From Callorhinchus milii (lineage: Eukaryota): a stretch of 64,000 nucleotides of DNA. Where the stretch lies: NCBI RefSeq assembly GCF_018977255.1, contig NW_024704748.1, positions 26,288,001 to 26,352,000 on the forward strand, written 5' to 3'. The notes under the pieces were generated by a model, which saw nothing but the letters and a program-made list of their open reading frames with translations, ran no database searches and had not been told where the DNA came from. A program made the translations under genes and the position numbers. Below are positions 25,367 through 39,123 of the stretch, piece after piece. How positions within the stretch are numbered: the first letter of the stretch is position 1; every line of letters starts with the position of its first letter.

Positions 25367-26942
25367 AATGCAACAAATGGGGGGGGAAAAAAATTCCGGG
25401 TCAAGTTACAGAGCATACCCGTTGACAATTTATAATCCTCCTTCCATTTGATATTGCGCCTGATCACATTGGCAAAACTCTAAGCACTTCACTTTTCTGT
25501 CAATTTGACTGCATTTTGTAGACAAAGGCAACAATAAAATTGCATTTGTGTAGCGCCTTTCACGTCGGGAGGATGTCCCAAGGCGTTGGGCAATTTGCAC
25601 ATGCCAATATCCCAAAGAAGTGACTGACCCGACTTTTATTTAGGGGATTGGTGGCTGGGCCAGGGACGGGGGAAGTGGAGTGAGGGGTGGGAGGGTAATG
25701 TTGAATCCAAAGCCCACAAATTGCACGCTTTCCAGCAATACTTCCTGGATTTGTTTCAGGATCAGCAATCCTACGGAGAAACTCTGATAACTCGCCCTGG
25801 GATAAATCACCAACCGCACATAACCAGTCACTCACTCACTGAATATCCTGACTATTATTCATTTCTCTTGGGGGTGGGGGAATAACAGCTATCATAGACT
25901 CTCTGTATTTCTTTTGTTTTTCTCCCCCTCTTCTCTTCCGCACCCACCCACCCCCCCTCCAACTCTGGTAGCAATCAGGAAAAAAAAAAGGGTTAAGATG
26001 AGGTTTGTCTATGAACCTGGCACAGTAACTTAGCGAACTAGAATACTTTTAAACTGAGCAGTGCTATTACGCATTTGATGAAAACTAAATGCACCCCCTC
26101 CCTCCCCCACCCTACTAACCCCCCCCCCCTTTCTGATGTCCGCATATCACCGTAACCCTTTCCGGATTAGCTGCAAGTTTTGAGAAGCCGCGAGTTTCTT
26201 TTGCGTGGGCTTGTGCCAACCCGGTCACGTTATTTGAAGGAAAGGTTGATGAGGTGAAGCCGTTCACGTTTGTTCTGAAGAAGAGTACGGATGGTATTCT
26301 GGCGTGTGATCCTGGCGATAATAACAACAACAACTTGCATTTATATAGCGCCTTTCATGTGGGGTAGCATCTTGGAGCTTAGCGGAACCTGACGCCAAGC
26401 CGGGAGGGGGTGGGGAGATTCCCGTCAGCACATTATCAAGCGAATGAGAAGCATGTGTGTGCGTGCGCGCGCGCGCGTTTTGCAAGGAAGATTGGTGTTC
26501 AGTCCCGTTAATCTGCTTTAACAACCGCATCACCCCTTGTGCATGGAAAATGGAAGTGGGTGATTAATGGCACGCCATTATGTTGACGCTGGGAGGAGGA
26601 GGTGCGGGTGGGGAGAAGAGGTGGGATAGGAAAGACGGGGTTAATGAAATCCAGGCCTGTGGCTGAGCTCAGTGGCTCTGATTTGGCGGAGTTGAGCGAG
26701 GCAGGCAGAGCTGCTTCGCTGTTACCATTGCAGTTTGCAGCCCTTTCTATCCAGGCTGTTGAGCAAATACAGGACCTGCCTTGAGGCGATGAATCCTGAG
26801 GCCGCCCCCCCCCCCCCACTCCCCCCTCCCTTCTCCTTGCCAATCTCCAGCAATATTTTTCTCTTCAAATTCACCTACTTGCCCTCTGGCTATTCCAGCT
26901 GCTGGTTTCTCTCCCCCACCTGAAGAATTAAAAATAATTGTG

Positions 26943-27316
26943 CAGTCCTGTAGCTCAGTGGTTACAGCACTCGCCTCGCAACCGGTTGAGGGTCGATTGG
27001 CTGATCGCTTTTCTGGGTGTAAAAATCCCTTTTTTTTAAAAAAAACCCCCATGGAAATAATAATAAATTGGGTCACTCAATCCATGACTGTTTGGGGGGA
27101 CGCTGCTGGGCGCAACCGGCTGTCGCGTTTCGCCCACAAAATATACAGTCAATCCACTTGACGACAGTATAAACTGTGAAGAGCCTTGAGACGTCTCGAA
27201 GACGTGATAACTGTTAAGTGCTCTGAGGCGCTACCCTGTGCGAAGGGCGCTTTATAAGTGCAAGTTGTTGTTTTTGGTGAGGCGCTATATCAAATGCAAG
27301 GAATATTATTATTATT
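26943..27316 (+). mobile_element. SINE family A, internally deleted, tail interrupted by an L2 3' tail (27211-27276)
   Basis: Head jumps to ccggttgag; tail split between gacgtgataa and ggcgctatatcaaatgcaag. Confidence 0.85.
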
Positions 27317-28439
27317 TTCACAGTGTGAGCCGCGGGGGGGGGGTGGGGGAGAGAACCTTTTCAATTTGTTTTGGCATCAAATTAGCTTAATCTGGGCCCA
27401 TCGTTCTTGACAATCTCCCAAGTTTCAGAGGACATTCAGAGCGACTGAAACCTTGCTCCGATTGTTCAAAGAGAAAGGAAATGCATGTTTACTGAGTGTT
27501 GTGCTTTCCTGAGAGGTGTGGTTCTAAATTGTACATTCCTGCCAAAGGGCCTCAACAGTCTGCTAATTTAATGCCTTCACTGTCGGAGAAAGTTGCCTGC
27601 TCTTGCTTTTTTTTTGCTGCTGGTCAGTGTAATTACTCGATTATTGATTTGTTAACTGCAGACAGGTTAGCATACCACAGCCTACCTCCACCATAAATGC
27701 CAGAAACGTTTAAAAGAATCAAATAAATGTGCTCCCCAGCCCACATGTCGCAAACCAGATGTGACTGAATGACTCCAATATATGCTTTTCTTGGTTTTTT
27801 TTAAAAAAATATGTTGAAATTGTCTCAGCTTTGAGAGACTTTCTCCAGCGTGAAGGTCCTTATTTAAATGCAAGCTGTTAACGTTGGGCAAGTTTCCTTA
27901 CTCCACACGCCTCTGTTTACCGAGCATTAAGTAGGAACTCGGTTGATAGTCGATTGGCGGATCGCTTTTCCGGGGGTAATAATCCTTAAAATTAAAATAA
28001 TAATAATAAATTGGTCACTCAATCCGAACATTTCCAAACCGGAACGGATCCAGTTGTGTTCAATGCAAAGCACCGTTCGGATCGGGAAATTTGCAGCCGG
28101 GAGAAATCTGTCAAAAAAGAAAGACTCGGAAATTTGTTGGTTTGACAACGTCTCACGTTTCGACTCGCTTCAAATCCATTTAGTCACACACGAAACTTGC
28201 CTCAACACGAAGTTCCTCCTTGTGATTGAGGGATCTGTTAAATGTGGAACAGATGTAATCTTTGCAAGGTGGGCGGCTTCTATGTTTAGACTTTTCTTTT
28301 GGATCTTTTGGTGGGACATTGGAAGGTGCATTAGTCAACACATGTTCAAAGATCACAGCATTTTTTTTTGAAAAAAAACCTGAAGAAATCCGAGCCCAAG
28401 AAATCCCAATTTGCATACAGCAATGGCCTTCAAATAGAT

Positions 28440-28755
28440 GACATAAATGATCCCTTTTATTTGGTTACGATATTGGTAGAAACTCCCTTTTCTCGTGGAG
28501 TAGAGCCATGGAGTCTTTAACGTCCACCTGGACGGACAGTTTCACCTCTCATCCAAAGAATGGCATCACTGGCAGCACAGCGAGCCCCTCAATAATGCGC
28601 TGGTGTGTCCGTCTGGGCAAAGAGTTTGACGTTCACGTTGAGAAGCGTGAACCCACAACTTGAGCGCTCTGGGGACACTGCCCCACATGAAGATCGCTGA
28701 TATAAATACAAGTTGTTGTTCTGACTCTGGAGGTGAGAGTGCTCCAACTCAGGCT
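28440..28755 (-). mobile_element. Deu-domain SINE, interrupted by an L2 tail at 28661-28718
   Basis: gccatggagtctttaacgtccacctg...ctcatccaaagaatggcatc...tgaacccacaact[insert]ttctgactctggaggtgagagtgct. Confidence 0.75.
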
Positions 28756-31480
28756 TGCAGGCAAATCTTCGAGGTCTTGAAAACTGCATGTTAGCGAGCT
28801 GATAGTCAAGGTTGGATTGTTTTCCTCACATCTGAAGGTGTTAAAACCCCATCAAAGGTGATGTCCTCACTGATCTGATTCATGCCTGGACCTTTAAAAC
28901 CTGTCGCCTGTCTACACAATCTTTTTTGGGGGATTAACGTGTTAAGCACCTGGAAGTGACACACATGCCATAGTTTCTCAGTGTAGATCCAATGTGCCAG
29001 TCAAACAGAACAGCGTGAAGGACCTTTATTAATTAAACTGCATTTGCTGTGATGCCTTCCTTTCCCGCTATTACTTATTTCAGTCATTTCACTTTGCAGT
29101 ATATCCTGTGAAGCGCTTTGAGACGTCGCAAAGACGTGATAAGTTGCTATATCAATGTAAGAATTATTATTATTAATATTTTCTCTTATCCACGTCTCCC
29201 CACTCTCCCACCATCCATTCACTGGTCCAGACCTCCTTGTGGTCTTATTTCTTTGAACATCTGTATCTTTACATCTCTCTCCTCACATACACCACACAAA
29301 CAAACACTCTCTTTCTACCCCTCTTTCCTACAGTGAAACTCAACTCTACATTTTCTCCTATTTATTGACTGGGGAAGGGAGATGGGTTTGAAAGCCCACA
29401 AGAAGTTTTAAAACGTACAATTTAAATTCTTGCTCTGCTGCGTTTTGGGAAGGGGAAAAAAATGCCGTTGGTTGTGCCTTTAAGCGGGGAAAGGGTTAAT
29501 GTTCGGTAAATCATTCTTACCCGGTGCAAGACCTTAGCAACACATGGAACTTGCTTTATTGGGTTTTGCTGTGTCCTTTGTAAGCGATTGCCACCAATGG
29601 CTGCTTTGGTCTCGCAGTCCACATACCGTTTGGCAGTGAAGAGGTGATACCCAACCATACACACCCCTGGGAAATTGGTCAAATCCGTTCAATGACTGGC
29701 TTTAGGGGAACATTCTTCTTTGCCCGAATATGCGGGATTAGGCTTCTCATAGCCTGCCGTCAGAGGAGCCAGTGTGTGGAGATAGTTCTGCTTTGTGCAG
29801 GGATTCAAGAGGAAAGCCTTGTCTTTCACTTCATAATGGACAATTAAGACATTCAGCTTACTTTTGATTCTGGTGGGTGGGTGTGTGTGGAAGGAGGGGA
29901 GGGGTGAGAGGACTGATGCAAGCCTTGTCGTCCGTTCTGTGTAAATGGCAACAGGACGGGGATTATTGATAGAGAGACAACTGGCGACGATTCCTGGGAG
30001 GGACTGTTTATCTCCCTGCTCTCTAGGAGGTAGCGGAAGGTTCTGTAATGCTGCCCGTGGTGTCATTTGTTACAGCAAGATGATACTCCAATGACAGGAG
30101 GTTCTTGGCAAGATCGTGGATTCAATTTGTGGCGGCGGGTGGGGGGTGTTGGGGGAAAGGGGAGGACTTCAGGTTCTGAAGGTCGGGCTGACTCGAAACC
30201 CCAGAAGCCTGACCTGTGGCAGCTGACTGCTTTCAGGGAGATTAATGCCCGACCATCACTCCTTGCAGGCCTGGGTGGCTGTGGCATTTTGCCGGAAGCA
30301 TTGCAATGTTGTTCAGTCTCAAGCATTGAAAATAAATACCATTTACCAGTTTTCAGATGCAAACAGAAGGGTTATCTCCTGAGGTTCTCTCTCTCTCTCT
30401 TCCCCCCCCCCGCAAAGAAGTTGACCCAGGAAATTCCACATTGTTTCCCATCACTGTGTTGTCGGATGACACCGTGCCAGTCGCAAGCTTCAACTGCGTC
30501 CTTCGACCTTTTTTAATCGATTTTAACGGAAACTGGAACCCTGGTCTATTTTTTGAGGCGGCCGGTCAAAGGCGAAATTAAACGGTCGAGAATTTGTAGG
30601 TGGGATGTTTGAGCTCTAACTTGACTAAGTAGTGATTGAAGTCTTTTAAACCTGTGCTATTTCTGGTCATCAGTCATTAGCATGAGCTGTTGCCTGGAGA
30701 GGGTGTCCTGACTGATTGGAATGGAACACACTGCAGTAATATTGGGTGTAGATCATCCAGCCCATCAAGCTTCTAAATAGATCCCTTTTTTTATAGTTCA
30801 TAAACTGTATTTATATGGGGTAATGTATTACGGCAGAAGCCTAGTGACGACTCATTGGGCTCTTTTGGCAAGACTACAAAAAAGCAAAGTATTAATAGTG
30901 AAAGCAAACACAAGGTAGATTTAATACACATATTAAAATAGCAGCCAAGATGAGAATGGTATGCAAATCAGGATTATTGCTTGTAAACGTTCTATAGCAA
31001 AGAGACGAGAGCGAGTATTATTATAATAATACTTATTTGATATAGCGTTTGATACAGCGCCTTATCACGTCTTCGAGACGTTCTCAAAGCGCTTCACAGA
31101 ACATACACTGTAAAGGGAATTGATTGTATATTTTGTGAGCCAAAGGCGGCAGCCAATTACACACAGCAGTGAGTAATGAGAGTGATTTACCAGGTAGGAA
31201 TGTAACTTAGTTGGTCAGATGGTAACCAACACACTGAGCAAAGCTCAAGTGGTTTGTAACAGTTACTGAACACGGAGATAGATTGCTGCTCCCTTTCTGA
31301 TGTGCGGGTGCACGCTCCGTTTCCTTAGTTTTTATTGAGAGGAGGAAGTCCAGGAAAATTCTTCAGTTTTCAGGAAAATCCAGGATTTTCTTTAGTTTTT
31401 GGCTTGTGCACCTACGGGGCTGAAGGAACAACTTAACACGCCTGCTTTCAATGTGCTTCAAGCTGCTTTGAAACCTTTCT

Positions 31481-31859
31481 ATAATAATAATAAAACTAAT
31501 CCTTAAATTTGATACAGCGCCTTATCACGTGTTCGAGATGTCTCAAAGCGCTTCACAGAATACACTGTCAAGTGAATTGACTTTGTATTTTGTGGGCGAA
31601 ACCCGGCAGCCAATTGCGCACGGCAGCGTCCCACAAGCGGTCATGGATTGAGTGACCAAATTATTATTTTTTTTTAAAAAGTTTGTTTTGAAGGGATTAT
31701 TACTCCCGGAAAAGCGATCCGCCAATCGAATATCAACCAGGTTCCTGCTCACTGCTTGCTGGAGTGAGGAAACTTGCCCAAGGTCTCGCCCTGCCCGGGA
31801 ATCGAACCCAGGTCTCTCGCTTGCGAGACGAGTGCTCAAACCACTGAGCTGCAGGACTC
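31481..31859 (-). mobile_element. SINE family A, full length
   Basis: Reverse complement of the consensus from head to tail. Confidence 0.92.
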
Positions 31860-33312
31860 GAGCTACAGTAGGGTGGGATTACACTGTGGCTGTGTATCGA
31901 TAGTCTGAGTTTTGCTCTGGTATTGTCTTTGGTATAAGCGCTTTGTGACGTCTCGAAGACACGATAAGGCGCTGTATCCAATGCAAGGATCATTATTATG
32001 ATTATTTGCTCAACATGGGGCGTGATGAGGCAGACCGAGCTTCAGGAGCGACAAGGTTCCAAAAAAAAAGAAAAAATTTGCCACTGAACTGCTTCAATAG
32101 TCAAATGAAGTTGAATTATGTTTGAATACTGTACTCTGGATAAAGCTGTCTGGAGGCAGCATAAAGGGCTTTTGATGAACGCTCCTGGCTATTGTGCTGC
32201 CAATTGCAGAGTAAAGTGTGCCTAATTTCACGCGCAGTCTGGTTTTCCAATTGACGGTGAAACTCACCATCCAACTGTACGGAGAACTAACTCTGAGGAA
32301 TAATTACTTGCCTTTTGATACAGCCACTTTCTTGTCAGGAGGGTGTCTCAAAACACTTTGGCCATTTGCTGTAAATCGCAGTGGCTGTATGTTTTGCTCA
32401 CAGTCCCACAAACAGCCGTGAAGTGAAATAACTGAGGTTATTATGATACATCACGATAACATAACAATAAACCTGGCCTCATCGGGCCTGGAACATCTTA
32501 GATGCCTCACAAGTCGGTCGCTGTCAAGTGTAGTGACTGTAATGGTAGACATCCAATCGAGGCAGCCAATTTGCACGCTTGCTGTTGGGTTGTATGGCGG
32601 GGGAACTGGGAGAAACTCTTGCGCAGATAATTATTTGGGGCCGTGCCTGCTTGTTGGGTTCAGAAGAATCAGTTGGGTAAGAGGGACTGGTTTCTCCCAC
32701 ATTCGCTTTGTTCTGGCTCAACAGCGCTCTGCACTCTAAACGTTTCTCAAGAGTGTCGCTAAGTCATGGGATCACCTCTTAGCTGCCCCGCACTCTGGCA
32801 AATCGCACGGATCAGCCCCTGTTGGGTGTCTTGGAATTAGCAGCCAGTAAACTGTGCGGGTAAATTGTGCAAACAGATTCAGCTGATCTGAGCTGCAACT
32901 GGATACCTTACAAATCATCAGACACCACTGGCAGAAATGGAAAGAGTGTTATAAAGTTTAATGAGGTGTCCGAGAGCAACCCTAGATACTTCGATGTACC
33001 TCAAGAGAACAGAGGCACGTTAAAAAGCTTAAGAGGGTGCCGTTTACCGTGGCTTGCTCCACGTTCTTTTTAAAAAAAGAAGTCCCTTATACGATAAAAA
33101 TTCCTCCTCTTTACCGCCCTTCCCCCACCTCGAAGTTGTTATAACTTTTTCAGTGATACTGTATCTCTCAACTTTACATTCTTCACACGTAAGCCAAAGC
33201 AAGGGGCAAGTTAAGTCGTGGGGCGGGTGAGGAGTCCGACTGTGTTCTCAACAATGACAAATTTCATTCGTATGTTCAGAGTTTTTCCTGTCGGCATGTC
33301 CAAAGCTTTCTC

Positions 33313-33699
33313 GTCTGGTAGCTCAGTGGTTAGAGCATTCGCCTCCCAAAGCGACAGGACCTGGGTTTGATTCCCGGGCAGGGCGAAACATTGGGCAAGT
33401 TTCCTTACTCCCCACCCATCTGGTCACCTAGCAGTAAGTAGGAGCCCGGATGTTAGTCGATTGAAGGATCGCTTTTCCAGGGGTAATGATCCCTTCAAAA
33501 AAAAAATACAATTGTTATAAAATCAATTGGTCACTCAATCCACGACTGTTTGTGGGACGCTGCTGTGTGCAATTGGCTGCCGCGTTTTGCCCGCAAACTA
33601 TACAATCAATTCACTTTATATTATATTCCATGAAGCGCTTTGAGACGCCTCAAAGGCGTGATAAGGCGCTGTATCAAATGCAAGGATTATTATTATTAT
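33313..33699 (+). mobile_element. SINE family A, full length
   Basis: A/B boxes, body, tail. Explains the N-terminal part of the 235-aa ORF at 33486. Confidence 0.92.
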
Positions 33700-36600
33700 C
33701 ATCACTGAATGGGTGGCGGGTGGGCGACAATTTTCACTGGAGTGCAAGCGTGTCCCCACATGTCCCTGCTGACCAGTTGGGGCCCTTTTTAAGTGCAGCG
33801 TTAAACAAACTCACGAGCCGCAGAACCTTGGCACCGCACTCTCTCTCTGTGTTGGTTTCGGTTTCTATGCTGGTGTGCGACATGTCAGCCATTCCTTTCC
33901 TGGTCATGCCACGCTGCAGGTCTGTTGTTGAACACACCCCCTCCCCCCTTGCTAAAATGCACGTCAACACTCCAGCCAACTTAATGAATACTGCCCATCC
34001 AGCCTTGAGGGTTGACGTTTTGAAGCGGTTGTCTCCAGTGAACAGGAAAAGGCTGGGAGGAAAGGCACTTTACTGTGTTGGCGAGGGTCTCAGGGTGGGG
34101 GAATGGTGTGAGTGTGGTGGGTGGGTGGTAGGTGGCAGTTTGGTCCATCTTTTTAAGACCATCCTCTTGAGGTTGACTGTACGGCCAATATAGCACCAAT
34201 CGCTATCAGTTATGGTCCCTTTCCGGGGTGCTCTGGGACGCTACCCCACGTGAAGGGCGCGCTATAAATGCAAGTCGTTGTCCTTTGCTTACTGAAAGCT
34301 CGGCTCAGGCTCGGTGGGCTTGAGCCAGGGACCCTTGCAACTGTCCCACTACCTTGATTGGGACGGCGCGGGTGCGGGAGAGAAGAGAGAGAGAAGGTTA
34401 TGAAACTGACAGCAGCCAGTTACGCTGACAGCATACGATCAGCCGCCTGCCTCACCCTATAATTGGGAGGTGTGGAAAGCCCTGACTCACTATTTATACA
34501 AAGTATTTTACAGTCGTATTCTGGGAAGAGAGAACATTGCTTTGCAATTCCGTTTATCAACGATCGATTGACGATAAAAGATTGCGAAACGATGATCATA
34601 ATAGGGCCCAATTAACAACCTCTGCTCTCAGGTCATGGCCAGCAATGTAAATATACCGTAATGGGTGATTCATACGTTAAATCTGTATCATAAACACGCG
34701 TGCGAGTATTTTTCTTCCACGATTAAGTATCAGGCTGTTTTTTTTTACGGTGTAATGAGGGGAGGGAGAAAGTCCAAGAATTGAATCTTGTAAGATACCA
34801 ACCCCCACAGCTGGTCGAAGTTCAGATTCTGTTCCAGAAAGAATTAAACTTTTTCTTTCCTGACTAATCTGATAGATAAGAAATGAAACCACATGTCTGC
34901 AGTTTTATTGCAGCCAAATTTAATTGCCGTTTTGGAGCATAATGTTGTGATTCACTGTGTCAGCCTCTTTATATCAAGGAGAAAAGGGAAGGCATTATAG
35001 GGAAGCAAGTAACAACAAATGCGAGCCGGATACGGGAATTAATTGTGAGGTTTTTTGGGTTGCGTGGGAAAGTGAGATTCTAACTCGGGTTCTCCTACAA
35101 AGTTCACAGTTGCTCCACATTACGTTAACTCCCGTGAAGCGCTTTGAGTCACCCGCCCGACGTGAAAGGCAACAACAAATGACATTTACACAGCGCCTCT
35201 CACGTCGGGAGGACCTCCCAAGGCGCTGGACAGACAGGGATTCGGGGGCTGGGGGTCGTAATCGGGGGGGGGGGGGGAGGTGTGCAGTCTGGTTCGTGAA
35301 CCTGACCTTGTGGTAATGCACATTAATGCATCTAAAAAGCTGTGTAAAGCACAGCCACGTGTGTGTGTGTGTGTGTGTGTGTAAGGACCCACGCAGCTGG
35401 AAGAGATCTGTGCGATCCAACTGGCCAGTCCCAAAATATACCTTGGATTTATTTTGGGATTGGAGCGCAGGGTTAGGTCCAGCAGCGCTCGGGCTAGGCT
35501 CGATCTTGATGCTGCAATTTCTGGGCCGGTTTTTGTTTCCGTTGCGATTTGGTCTCGGGCTTTGCCGTGGTTTTCCGTCGACCCAGAGTCGTGCCAGGTG
35601 ACCTCGTGCCACTCCCCTGATGGAGTCTGTCTCACAGTGCTGAGTCCCCTCAGGCTCCCCAATGAATAGAGATGCTCGCATTCATATAGAACCCCAACTC
35701 AAGGTGTTGAAGACTTTGAGAGTAAGAGGACACCCCCCCCCACCCACCCCCCTCCTGACTCCTCCACTTGACAAGCGCTCTGGGGCGCTGTGTAAATGCA
35801 AGTTGTTCTTGTCGTGATGTTTTCTGTGTGTGAGTTTATCAAACGCCGGCTTTTCAGCGATTTCCCTGTTGAGTGTTACTACTATACTACTAAGAGCTGC
35901 AATACAGCAAATCCTGAGCATCAAAACTGTTGCCGTGATAAAATCTGTTTCCTGTGGATCCGTTTAAGCAGAGGCTGAGAGGGAGAGGCGTACACGTGGG
36001 ATTTTAAAAGTATGAAGTGTTTCCGTTTGTCACGTCAAATCATTGTGCAAACCTGTTTATTCAATATTAAAAAGTATTTATTGGAGGTATTGGTGTATTG
36101 ATAATGGTGGGGGAGAGTAAGGGAAGAGCGATCCCACAAAATACGCAGTCACTGCACTTTACAGTATATTCTGTGAAGCGCTTTGAGACGTCTCGAAAAC
36201 GTGATTAGGCGCAATATCAAATGCAAGGATTATTATTATTATCCCACTGTACATTCATCCAGCCAAATTTGGTAACTTTTTATATAGTTTTTTAATGTTT
36301 TACAACAAATGTGAAAGCAAATATAGAAATTTCCAAATAAGTATGGGACAGAGTAGGTAACTACCTGCCTACAAAGACAGTATATAGTAAAAATTTAACC
36401 ATGTCTTATAAACAGTAAAGGTGAACAAAGATATTGTCTTAATTCAACACAAATTAATAATATGCATTTGATATAGTGTCTTATACAGTCTATGCTGTGC
36501 AGCGCTTTGAGACATCGAGAAGACGTGAAAAGCTCTATATCAAATGCAAGGATTATTATTTGTTATTGTTATCGCGTCTGAAAGCGTTGAGAAGCACTTC

Positions 36601-38769
36601 ACAGGGTATACTGTGAAGTGGATTGACTGTATTTTGTGGGTGAAAGAACCCCCCAAATAATATTTTTTTTGATGGATTTAACAAAAAAAGGGTTATCCAA
36701 CTTTACGTCAAATGTGCTGACCAGTGAACGTCTGGTGTGAGAGATGCTTCAGTTGGAAGGTTCTAAAATGCATGATTTTCCTCTCTTCGCCCCCCCCCCC
36801 CCCCCACCCCTTTGTGCTGACTCTTTAAGAATTCTGCACAGAAAGAGTTGGAATGGTCTTAATAATAATAACCCTGGCATTTGATACAGCGCCTTATCAC
36901 GACTTCCAGACGCCTCAAAGCGCTTCACAGGGTACACTGTAAAAGTGAATTGACTGTATATTTTGTGGGCAGCCAATTGCGCACAGCAGTGTGTCCCACA
37001 AACAGACGTGGATTGAGTGACCAAATTCTTGAACAACAACCACCAATTGTATTTCTCACGCAGGACAGCGGCTTGGAGTGCTGTCAAACCAATCCCTAAT
37101 GGCTGCAGGTCTGGTCCCAGGGCTTCAAACTGCTTTAAACTGCCCCATATTTGGCACAAACAGACCATGTCACTCAAGACATTGGGACCCTGATCCGTCA
37201 CCAGGTCTTGTTTTTTTTCACAAAATTAAGGTGGCTCATTCCGTCCTGGAAAATTCTGCCTTCAATTGAAAACTAGTTAGTTTCCCCCCCCCTCTCCTCC
37301 CCGCTCACAAAAAAAAGCCCTCTCCAAATTTAAAACTGAACCAAAATATTTTTTCATGGTCTTAAGAAAAATATCTTGCAGGCCAAGACTAGGTGGAATT
37401 TCAGACCTCCGAATGAATGAATGCTTTTTCTTCCATCCTCCTTCCCCCCACCTCCCATTGCCCCAACTTGAATGACGAGCTTTCTAAGGTACATTTCACC
37501 CACAAAATATGCGCCCAATCAATCCACTCTACAGTATATCCTGTGAAGCGCTTTGAGACGTCTCAACGACGCTACATCAACTGCAAGGATTATTACATCC
37601 GCAAAGCACAGTAGATGTGCACTGCCCTCCCTTTCGCTCTTTAAAATCCCTTATTTACAAACCTCACATTCTCTTTTTTTCCAAAAGATTGGTGGACTCT
37701 GCCTCAACATGGGTTTGGGCAGAGAATTCCACAACCGGACTGACTTTTGTGAAAACTATTGATGGCTCACTCGCGCTCTCTAAAGTCAATTTGAGACAAT
37801 GGCACAGGTGTGTGTGTACATGAAATGTCCTTTTCTTCCGCACTACCTTCAGGTGCACAAACAAGTATCTAACCCCCTCTTTCTCTCCATGGCAGCTCGG
37901 AGGTGGGTCGAGAGAGAGAGGATAAAATAACAGTGATTATTTTGTCGTCCCCCCCCCCCCCTCCCCACTTCTCATTTTCAAGTAAACGCATCAGCCAATT
38001 TGCACACAGCAATGTCCCACACGCAGCCATGACCCAATTTATTGGCCGAATGTAGCCAGAGGCTCAAGGCGAAACTCCCTCTCTTTTTAAAAACTAAGTG
38101 CGAAGCAAACCGTTCAACCTCCTATTCTGATTCTGCTGTTCTGCTTACGGTTGCGATGAACGTTTATTATTTTGAGAGGTCCATTGGTTTTGTTGAAAAT
38201 AAAGTGTGGCTTACTGATCAGGCAGTTTACAAATGGATGTGATAAATTAGTAACATGTGTTTGTTCCTCCTTTATCTCCTTTTTTTTCACGCTTTTCTCT
38301 CTCTCTCTGTCTCTCTCTCCCCCCCCCCCCCCCCCCCCCCACTCCCCACTACGTGCTGGCACTGTTGTGCTTGGATTAATACAGTTCTTATCCTTGATAT
38401 TCGTACCGTTGAGAATCACGTTTGCAAGGATAAATTGCCTTTCAAACTCTTTTCAAAGTGTCTGAATCTTGATGATTCTGTGGCAAAAGCGTGCCATCTT
38501 CGAGGGGAGGAATGGAAAAGGATTTCCCCTTTTATGATATTCCAATATTTCCCACTGAACCTCAGCTCAGAGTTAGTCTCTTCCCTATCTTGTTGCCTTC
38601 TCTCATTGCTTATGCCTGGAAATTGCCAGAAATCTACCTCCTCCAAAGGCAATGACGCTGCCACCACCATGATCTCAATCTGATACGGTGTCGGGATTGA
38701 GTCCTATTACCATATGCAGTTAAAAACTGCCTCCACCCCCCACCACTCTGCCCCCTCCACGATATAAAG

Positions 38770-39123
38770 ATAAGAATTGCATTTTATAGCACCTTATCAA
38801 GTCGTAATGACTCAGGAACCTGGTGCTTTGCAAATACTGTTTTGTTGGGAAACGTGGCAGTCCTTAGCGCAGGCAACGTGACTGACCAAGTAATTGGGAG
38901 GATTACTGGATCAGGACAGCCGGTTGAACTTCCTTCTCTCTTTGAGATCTTTGAGGTCCAGTTGAACCTGTCGATGGGAACCTTGGTTTCTGGACTCCTC
39001 CCAAAAGATGGCATCTCAGACAACGCAGCGTTCCCATTGTACTGCGCAGAACTCTCAGCCTGTACTCATAAATCCTAAACCCACACTGCCTGGCCAAAAG
39101 TGTGAGTTCCACCCACTGTGCCT
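38770..39123 (-). mobile_element. Degenerate Deu-domain SINE
   Basis: gatctttgaggtccag...ccttggttt...cccaaaagatggcatctcagacaacgcagc; tail at about 38775. Confidence 0.65.

Noticed and set aside
33486-34193. 235-aa ORF
   Set aside because: It starts inside a SINE and the remainder has no recognisable homology.
34995-35681. 228-aa minus-strand ORF
   Set aside because: It crosses retroelement tails, poly-G and (GT)n; no domain similarity.
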